NCBI GenBank assembly: GCA_963843455.1 | Contig: CAWJKE010000006.1 | Span: 5,510-69,509, forward strand | Length of the DNA: 64,000 nt | Direction of reading: 5' to 3' | DNA from: an uncultured Actinomycetota bacterium | GTDB taxonomy: Bacteria > Actinomycetota > Thermoleophilia > RBG-16-64-13 | In this document: positions 57,652-64,000 of the stretch, in pieces | Numbering within the stretch: position 1 is the first letter of the stretch | Layout: each line of letters begins with the position of its first letter | The notes under the pieces: model-generated | Database searches by the model: none | What the model was told of the DNA's origin: nothing | What the model saw: the letters and a program-made list of their open reading frames with translations, nothing else | Program-made: the position numbers and the translations under genes

Positions 57652-58743
57652 CTACCGGGCCCGGGGCAGGAGGAAGGTGAAGCGGGTGAGAGTCCCGGGA
57701 ATGCTCTCCACGCTCGATGGAGCCGCCCATCTGCTGCGTGAGCGCTTTGGCGACCGCTAGACCGATGCCGCTCCCCCCGCTCGAGCTGGATCTGGACTTG
57801 TCCACCCGGTAGAACCTCTCGAAGACATGAGGCAGGTCGTCGGCGGGGATGCCGATGCCGTTGTCCTCCACGGCGAAGGCGACCATCCGGTCCTGGGCCC
57901 GGACTTCCTATCTTGACCGTGCCGCCGGACGGCGTGTAGCGGAGAGAGTTCGAAAGGAGATTCCCCAGGATCTGGGCGAACTTGTCGGGGTCGGCCCATA
58001 TCCGCGGGCACGGCTCCGGGCAGTCCACCGAGAACGCGATACCCGAGTGTAGGAATTGAGGTCTGAGCGGCGCGACCACAGCTTCGACGGCTTCGGCCAC
58101 CGCGAGCTCCCGGGGTCTGATGGCCTCGGCTCCCGCTTCGAGTCGAGAGACCCGCTCCACGTCGGTGACCAGGCGACCCAGCCTCGCCGCTTCTCGCCTC
58201 ACGAGTTCGTAGGTCTCGGGTTCCGCCGGGATCACGCCGTCCATGAGTCCCTGCATGTACCCCTCGATGTTCGCGAGTGGCGTCCGTATCTCGTGAGAGA
58301 TGGTCCCCAGCAGTTCTTGCCGTAGTTCCTCGGTCTTCTGTAGTTGCCCGGCCATATCGTTGAAGGCCGTCGCGAACCGGCCTATCTCGTCACCCGCCCC
58401 GGGCGAGACCCGCTGTCGGTAGTCGCCGGCCGCGATCTGGCCGGCCACCTCGGCCATGTGCGCCAGAGGCCTGGTGATCCATCCGGACACGATGTAGCTC
58501 GCGATGCCCGCGACGATGACCGCCGCAAGGGCCCCCCAGAGGATGGCCTCGTTGACGCCCGCGGCTGACTGCGCTCTGGATGTCGCCGTTCATCATCCCG
58601 GAGCCGTCCCCCATCCCCATCATCCCCGACATGTGGGCGTTGACCGCCCTGACCGCCAGACTGCGGACCGCGATGGAGAGCACCGCCACCAGGACCACGA
58701 TCACCGCGACGTACGAAAAGAACAGTCTCCACCGGGTGCTCAC
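57652..58743 (-). pseudogene. sensor histidine kinase (TM-HAMP-HisKA-HATPase_c) disrupted by three single-nt frameshifts
   Basis: Four frames: TM + Met/Gly-rich periplasmic loop | HAMP and HisKA (ISHEIRTPLANIEGY) | HATPase ([14 protein letters not shown]...[22 protein letters not shown]) | [16 protein letters not shown]. One extra G in ATAGGAAGT restores [23 protein letters not shown]. Confidence 0.6.
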
Positions 58744-58746
58744 GCG

Positions 58747-59461
58747 TCACCTCTTCGCTAGGTCGAGGCGATCGGCACTCGGGGTCTGAAATTTGTACCC
58801 CACCCCGCGCACGGTGCGGATGAAGTGCGGGTCCGCCGGATCGTCCCCGATCTTCTTGCGTAGATTGGCGATGTGCACATCTACCAGCCGGGAGTCTCCC
58901 AGGTAGCTGTAGCCCCACACCGACTCCAGCAACTCCTCGCGGGTGTAGACCCAGCCCGGATGTTCGCCGAGCACGCGCAGGAGCTCGAATTCCGTGCTGG
59001 TGAGTTCGATCACACGACCCTCCACCCGTACCTCGCGCGCCTTGGGGTCGATGGAGATGCCGCGCAGCGCGAGCAGGGCTGTCTGCCCTTCGTCGCTCTC
59101 CGCTCCCGTCCGACGGAGGACGGCCTTCACTCGGGCGACCAGGACTTTCGGGCTGAACGGTTTGACCAGGTAGTCATCGGCCCCTGCTCCGAAACCTTGG
59201 AGCATGTCGTCTTCGCTTCCGCGGGCGGTGAGCATCAAGATGGGGGTAGTCCGTGTCGGTTCGGATCTGACGGGCGACTTCAAGGCCGCTGAGCCCCGGC
59301 AACATCAGGTCGAGCACCACCAGTTGCGGCTCCTCTCTCTCCACGGCCGCGATCGCCGAGGGGCCGTCGGCTGCCTCCTCGACTTCGTAGCCCTCGCTCT
59401 CCAGATAGGCAGCGACCAGCCGGCGCAGGTTCTCGTCGTCGTCCACCACGAGGATCTTCAT
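58747..59461 (-). pseudogene. OmpR-family response regulator (REC + winged-helix) with one frameshift about 59250
   Basis: MKILVVDDDENLRRLVAAYLESEGYEV...VVLDLMLPGLSGLEVARQIR then frame change to SEPTRTTPILMLTARGSEDDMLQG...RTVRGVGYKFQ; 4 nt upstream of HK start. Confidence 0.6.
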
Positions 59462-59627
59462 GGCCTGTCTTACCTCCTTGCCTCGTAAGGATACCCTGAG
59501 CGCGAGACAGGCGGCGCGTAGCCGGGTGGGTGCCGCGGGCGTATCCTTGCGGTGGGCGGTCCGCCTGCGCCCGGCTCCGAGGATCGCCCCGGTTCGAGAT
59601 CCACATGCACAGCAGAGGTAGGACCAG

Positions 59628-60317
59628 GTGAAACAGGAGAACACGGACTTTCCGAGACCGCGCGAGTGCAGAGTCAAAGTCACGACAAACGGTCCCTACC
59701 TGGTCTCGGGTGGTGTGCCCCTGTCAGAGCAGATCATCTGTGTCGATGAGGACGGCCAGCCTCACGGCTGGAGGGAGGGCCGCAAATACCCCGACCAAAA
59801 GAGCTACGCCCTCTGCCGCTGTGGTCGTTCGCGGCGGATGCCCTACTGCGACGGCAGTCACGCCGGAGTCGAGTTCGATGGTACCGAAACGGCCGGTGAC
59901 ACGCCCTACCTGGAGCAGGCCGACACGCTCGAGGGACCGGGGCTCACTCTGACGGATGCGGAGGGGTTCTGCATGGGGGCGGGCTTCTGCCATCGGGCGG
60001 CGGGGACCTGGACGCTCACCCGGAGGTCGGCCGATCCCGCGGCGAAGCGAACGGCCATCGAAGAGGCCTGCGACTGCCCCTCGGGAAGGCTTGTGGCGTG
60101 GGAAAAGGACGGCCGGGTGATAGAGCCGGAGTTCGAGCCCTCCCTCGGTCTCGTGGAGGATACGCAGACCAACAAGATGGGGCCGGTCTGGGTGAGGGGC
60201 GGCATCCCGGTGGAATCGTCCGAGGGGACTACCTACGAGGTCAGGAACCGCGTGACTCTGTGCCGTTGCGGCCGGAGTACGAACAAGCCCTTCTGCGACG
60301 GGAGCCACGAAGACTAG
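59628..60317 (+). CDS. CDGSH iron-sulfur domain protein (two CDGSH [2Fe-2S] motifs)
   Basis: CRCGRSRRMPYCDGSH and CRCGRSTNKPFCDGSH. Confidence 0.8.
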   Translation: MKQENTDFPRPRECRVKVTTNGPYLVSGGVPLSEQIICVDEDGQPHGWREGRKYPDQKSYALCRCGRSRRMPYCDGSHAGVEFDGTETAGDTPYLEQADTLEGPGLTLTDAEGFCMGAGFCHRAAGTWTLTRRSADPAAKRTAIEEACDCPSGRLVAWEKDGRVIEPEFEPSLGLVEDTQTNKMGPVWVRGGIPVESSEGTTYEVRNRVTLCRCGRSTNKPFCDGSHED

Positions 60318-60406
60318 CGCTGAGCGCCGGCCGGCCCCCTCGCGCCGGCGCCTCCAACGGCCTACTATTGAGCTAGGAAGCTGATGCCCGAAACAGGAGG
60401 TGGGTC

Positions 60407-62227
60407 GTGAGACTGCCGATCGGGATCTGTGGCCGCCGGCTGAGCATGCTTCTTCTTCTATCCCCACTTTTCGCAGCCGTCGTCGCGCTTCACCCGGCCC
60501 CCGCGGAGGCAGCAGCCCTTCCGCCTCTGACCGAAGGCTGGACTCAGGTCGTCAAGGGCGGCTTCACCGACCCCAACAACTCCTACGCACCCACCTGGGC
60601 AAAGTTTAGGGATTACCTCTACATCAGCACGTCGGCCAACGAGGCCGGCACCGTCTTCTCCGGGAGCAGCAAGGCCGGGGGAGACATTTGGCGGACGGCC
60701 GACGGGGCTACGTGGGAGCAAATCGGCGCTGCGGGACTGGGCAATCCCCACAACAATCTCTTCCAGCTCATCGTCTTTCGCGACAAGCTCTACGCCATCT
60801 CCAACAACATCAACGATCACGGCATCGAGATCTGGGTCACCTCCGACGGCCTGGAGTTCACCAAGATCGAGAAAGGCGGATTCGGGGACAAGAGCAACGA
60901 CTGGGCTTTTCCCTTCGTGTTTCAGGACCGCTTGATACTGGGGGTGTCCAACGGTGATACGGGCGCGGAGATATGGGTGTCCGATGACGGTCAGACCTTC
61001 CGACAGGTGGTCGATGGCGGCATGGGCGACGCCGGCGTTACAGGATTCGGTGGTTTCGCCGACCCGGAGCGCGCGGACCCGATCTTCCAGGGCAAGCTGT
61101 ACATCGGGGTCTCGAACCCCGCGAGTGGCGGAGAGATCTGGCGGACGGCCGACGGTCTGGAGTGGGAACGGGTAGCCGACGAAGGTCTGACCCGGAGCAC
61201 GACCAAGCACATCGCTCCTGACATCGTCTATCAGGGTCAGTTGTACGCGTTCGCGACGGCGGGTGGCACCATCGACAATCTCCTCGGCTTCGACCTCTTC
61301 CGAACCTCCGACGGCACCACGTGGGAGCAGGTTGTCGACAACGGCTTCAGCGTCGGCAAGGAGCGGAACGTCTCGGGCGATCTGGTGGAATTCAAAGGCC
61401 GGCTCTACCTGACCTCGAACACCATGGACCCGCGCGTGCTCTTCCCGACGAATCCCTCCGAGCGACTGGCGCCCCGCGGCTTTCAGCTCCGAGTGTCGGA
61501 CGATGGAAAGATGTGGACCCAGATCGGCGAGGACGGCTTCGGGCTGGCGACCAGCGTCGTGGCCGGCCTGAACGTGATCGGCGACATGCTCTACCTCGGG
61601 GCCTTCGACTATCACCAGGGCAACCAACTGTGGCGGTCCTCCGATGGGCAAAGATGGGAGCTTCTCTTCCGGGAACCCGATCCCAACTTCTTCCAGGAGG
61701 GAGGAGGCCCGCTCAACTTCAAAGGGCACTTCCTGTGGTTCAGCAACGATCTGAAGCAGGGACTCGCTATCTGGCGGACCGACGAGGTGATGGTAGCCGA
61801 GGCGACCACCACCACGGCCGGTGAGACCTCCACCACCACGGCAGGGGGTACAGACACCAGCGCGAGCGGCGGCGGCGGGGGCAAGGTCAGTGGCGACAAG
61901 GGTGGCCCGAGCGGTACCGCCGGAGGCGACTCTGGAGGGATCGCTGGCGCCATCGACTCGGGCGGCTTGCCCGGCGGATGGATCGCGCTGATCGCGGTGT
62001 TGGCGGTGCTCCTCGTGGCGGCCCTGGCCGGCGTGGCTTTTCTGTTGGGCAAGAGGACACGTGGGCCTCGCGCGGGCGCGACCGCCGCCGCGGCCGGCGG
62101 CGCGACCGACGCGGCTTCCGTTGGCGTAGCGGCGGCGGGCTCCGGTGCGGCGGCGTACTGCAAAGAGTGTGGGGCGCCTCTTGGTCCGGGCTCCAAGTTC
62201 TGCGCGGACTGCGGCGCCTCGGTCTAG
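60407..62227 (+). CDS. secreted BNR/Asp-box repeat beta-propeller protein with Thr/Gly-rich linker, single TM anchor and C-terminal zinc-ribbon
   Basis: Signal peptide; at least 7 repeats of S-x-D-G-x-T/E-W/F (TADGATWEQI, TSDGLEFTKI, SDDGQTFRQV, TADGLEWERV, TSDGTTWEQV, SDDGKMWTQI, SSDGQRWELL); TTTAGETSTTTAGGTDTSASGGGGG linker; TM WIALIAVLAVLLVAALAGVAFLL; C-terminal CKECGAPLGPGSKFCADCGA. Confidence 0.7.
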   Translation: MRLPIGICGRRLSMLLLLSPLFAAVVALHPAPAEAAALPPLTEGWTQVVKGGFTDPNNSYAPTWAKFRDYLYISTSANEAGTVFSGSSKAGGDIWRTADGATWEQIGAAGLGNPHNNLFQLIVFRDKLYAISNNINDHGIEIWVTSDGLEFTKIEKGGFGDKSNDWAFPFVFQDRLILGVSNGDTGAEIWVSDDGQTFRQVVDGGMGDAGVTGFGGFADPERADPIFQGKLYIGVSNPASGGEIWRTADGLEWERVADEGLTRSTTKHIAPDIVYQGQLYAFATAGGTIDNLLGFDLFRTSDGTTWEQVVDNGFSVGKERNVSGDLVEFKGRLYLTSNTMDPRVLFPTNPSERLAPRGFQLRVSDDGKMWTQIGEDGFGLATSVVAGLNVIGDMLYLGAFDYHQGNQLWRSSDGQRWELLFREPDPNFFQEGGGPLNFKGHFLWFSNDLKQGLAIWRTDEVMVAEATTTTAGETSTTTAGGTDTSASGGGGGKVSGDKGGPSGTAGGDSGGIAGAIDSGGLPGGWIALIAVLAVLLVAALAGVAFLLGKRTRGPRAGATAAAAGGATDAASVGVAAAGSGAAAYCKECGAPLGPGSKFCADCGASV

Positions 62228-62234
62228 CCTGCTG

Positions 62235-62744
62235 CTAGAGGCATTCCCTGACGTAGAGGTCTGCCGAGCACACACAGGGGGCGCACCGGCACGCCGGGCA
62301 CGGAGTAACGCCTTCGTCTGCGTAGAAAGACTCGAGACGTAGAAGTCTTTCGAATCCGAGGTTGGCCGGGACTCCGGAGAGGGCGCAGACTCCCGAGTCC
62401 CCGCGCACCCAGGCGAAGGATGCGAGTGCCGATGCGCCCGCGTCCAGGCACATCCGGCTGAGAGAATCCACGAGCAGCGTCGCGGCGCCCTGCCGGCGGG
62501 CCGCCTCCCGCACGGCGACCAGACGCACGAGCCCGATAGGGCCCCGAAGGTCGGGAGCCTCGTCGAGGCGGTCGGTGAGAGTCGCTACCGCGGCCCTGAT
62601 GAGAACACCGTCGACCTTAGCGACCTGGCAGTATTCATGAGATCCGCCGCCGAGACTCCAGAACCCGGAGCCCAGCGAGGCGTCGAACAACTCCGACGCG
62701 GCCGCGAGGTCGGATGGTCCAAGGGGGCTGAGGACGATCTTCAT
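62235..62744 (-). CDS. GNAT-family acetyltransferase-like protein with Cys-rich C-terminus
   Basis: 169 aa; RRQGAATLLVDSLSRMCLDAGA resembles acetyl-CoA binding motif A; C-terminal CPACRCAPCVCS. Confidence 0.5.
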   Translation of the reverse strand: MKIVLSPLGPSDLAAASELFDASLGSGFWSLGGGSHEYCQVAKVDGVLIRAAVATLTDRLDEAPDLRGPIGLVRLVAVREAARRQGAATLLVDSLSRMCLDAGASALASFAWVRGDSGVCALSGVPANLGFERLLRLESFYADEGVTPCPACRCAPCVCSADLYVRECL

Positions 62745-62762
62745 CGGCCGCGCTCCGGTGGT

Positions 62763-63491
62763 TCAGTCGGCGGCCAGATAGAAGTCGAACGCGCCCGACT
62801 GAACCCCGTTCTGGTCGGAGAAGGTCACGAGGTTCGCCGGCGGCAGTGAACTGGCGATCATGTCGTTCTGCGGCGTCGTACCATCGCCTGCCTTCGGCGG
62901 CACGATGATCTGCGTCGTGATACCGCCGTAGCCGGCGGCGGAAGCCCTAATGTGGATATGCCGTGCTCGACCTGGGTAGTAGCCGGGGTAGATGGTCGTG
63001 AACTCGTATGCACCGTTGCCGTCGGCGAGCACATAGCCGCGCAGCGCGATCTCACTCGTGTCGTATTGGCTCATGTCACCGTTCGCTGCGGGATGGTAGA
63101 CGCCGTCGCCGTCGGCCTGCCAGATGTCGATTTTGGCACCCGCGATGGGTTTGGAGGTATCGGTGCCTCCGTAGACGTGACCCGTGATCTTGATGGGGTC
63201 GCCGGGCAGGCCGGTCGCGTTCAGATTCCCGTCGGCCAACTGCGGGGTGTTGGTGATGTAGTACGGACCTTCGGTGGTCCCGACGGTGAGGCCTGGGCCG
63301 GTCGCCGTGCTCGCCGACGTCGACACCGCGCCGCTGGTGGACGTCGCGGCGGCTCCTTCGGTGGAAGTGGATTTGGCGCCGTTGGCCGCGGTGGTAGAGG
63401 CACTGCCCCCCTGACCGCAACTTGCCGCCGCCAGCAACAATCCCAGAACAGCCACGACCGCTACTCCCGGCGCTGCGACCCTGTTCTTCAT
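62763..63491 (-). CDS. intradiol ring-cleavage dioxygenase family lipoprotein (protocatechuate 3,4-dioxygenase beta-like core)
   Basis: ATG 63491 (MKNRVAAPGVAVVAVLGLLLAAASCGQ lipobox); TEGPYY...GDPIKITGHVYGG...IDIWQADGDGVYH...LRGYVLADGNGAYEFTTIYPGYYPGRARHIHIRA Fe(III)-ligand context. Confidence 0.8.
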   Translation of the reverse strand: MKNRVAAPGVAVVAVLGLLLAAASCGQGGSASTTAANGAKSTSTEGAAATSTSGAVSTSASTATGPGLTVGTTEGPYYITNTPQLADGNLNATGLPGDPIKITGHVYGGTDTSKPIAGAKIDIWQADGDGVYHPAANGDMSQYDTSEIALRGYVLADGNGAYEFTTIYPGYYPGRARHIHIRASAAGYGGITTQIIVPPKAGDGTTPQNDMIASSLPPANLVTFSDQNGVQSGAFDFYLAAD

Positions 63492-63580
63492 CTCGGCATC
63501 CTCCGAGTGGTGGGCTAGAGGCCATGCTCGCATATCCTACCGCCTCGGAGCCGGTCATCGCCGGCTCCGGGCGGTGTATT

Positions 63581-63747
63581 CTCGAAGCCTTTGCGGACAC
63601 GTGCACAGAAAGGTCGTAAGAATGCGCGTGCTCTCGCAGTCGGGCGTTCTCGCGCGGGGCGTAGCATGTACCGGTACTTCTCGGTCATGGCGGTATCTCG
63701 AAACGTCGCGGACATGTGCACAGAAAGGGCGTCCAATGCGCGTACTC
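63581..63747 (+). repeat. tandem direct repeat (2 copies, about 52 nt, about 85% identical, period 116 nt) covering promoter and start codon of the flavoprotein gene; each copy carries a CACGTG/TGTGCACA-type palindrome
   Basis: CTCGAAGCCTTTGCGGACACGTGCACAGAAAGGTCGTAAGAATGCGCGTGCTC (63581-63633) vs CTCGAAACGTCGCGGACATGTGCACAGAAAGGGCGTCCAATGCGCGTACTC (63697-63747); both ATGCGCGT(G/A)CTC starts are in the same frame. Confidence 0.7.
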
Positions 63748-64000
63748 ATGATCAACGGGAGCCCCCATGCGAAGGGTTGCACGTACACGGCGCTTTCGGA
63801 AGTCGCCGGCCAACTCGAGAAAGAGGGGATCGAGACCAGCATCTTTCACATCGGAGCCAAGGCCATCCGGGGATGCATCGCCTGCGGTGTCTGTTTCGAG
63901 ACCGGGTATTGCGTCGTCAAGGATGACGGTGTCAATGAGTGCGTCGATCTGGCCGCGGAAGCGGATGGCCTCGTGGTCGGCTCCCCGGTCTACTTCGCCG
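63736..64000 (+). CDS. flavodoxin-like NAD(P)H-dependent FMN reductase / iron-sulfur flavoprotein family, 5' part (runs off window end)
   Basis: MRVLMINGSPHAKGCTYTAL...GCIACGVC...GLVVGSPVYFA: NADPH-dependent FMN reductase fold with CxxC. Confidence 0.7.
   Translation, partial: MRVLMINGSPHAKGCTYTALSEVAGQLEKEGIETSIFHIGAKAIRGCIACGVCFETGYCVVKDDGVNECVDLAAEADGLVVGSPVYFA

Noticed and set aside
1-64000. CRISPR arrays or clustered short repeats
   Set aside because: Reading both strands found no regularly spaced short direct repeats. The only tandem repeat found is the two-copy 52-nt duplication at 63581..63747.

Overview
This is a high-GC bacterial chromosomal window, estimated by eye at about 65-70% GC. 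It is densely coded on both strands. Most of the long alternate-frame and antisense ORFs in the supplied track are high-GC artefacts, and the track uses GTG/TTG as starts shown as M. No rRNA, CRISPR array, transposase, integrase or phage gene was seen. One tRNA, tRNA-Gln(CUG), lies on the minus strand next to a glutaminyl-tRNA synthetase gene. The window has a sulfur-acquisition and redox theme. A SulP sulfate permease sits next to an operon of two Cys-type sulfatases plus an anaerobic sulfatase-maturating radical-SAM enzyme. A TetR-headed operon ends in a CoA-disulfide reductase fused to a rhodanese domain. A second TetR paralog is divergent from a DszB-like (2'-hydroxybiphenyl-2-sulfinate desulfinase family) gene and a stand-alone rhodanese. 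Cysteine synthase, an archaeal-type four-subunit 2-oxoacid:ferredoxin oxidoreductase, catalase and a CDGSH protein are also present. Other notable modules are an SDR plus ERG4/ERG24-type sterol-reductase-family membrane protein upstream of catalase, and a lipid cluster in which a radical-SAM enzyme with a 190-aa N-terminal extension is transcribed divergently from PlsY, a UPF0104/LPG-synthase-TM-like gene and a GT4 glycosyltransferase. Two 'decay islands' (about 32.7-38.5 kb and 56.4-59.5 kb) contain genes broken by single-nucleotide indels or a nonsense codon: mntP, an acyl-CoA ligase, an MBL-fold hydrolase, a membrane protein, a methyltransferase with in-frame TGA, and a whole Spy/CpxP-like plus HK plus RR envelope-stress module. 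Several of the indels sit in G-runs, so sequencing error cannot be excluded. A 52-nt tandem duplication of the promoter/start region carrying TGTGCACA/CACGTG palindromes lies upstream of the terminal flavoprotein gene, and a perfect 16-bp GC hairpin lies at 22.5 kb.
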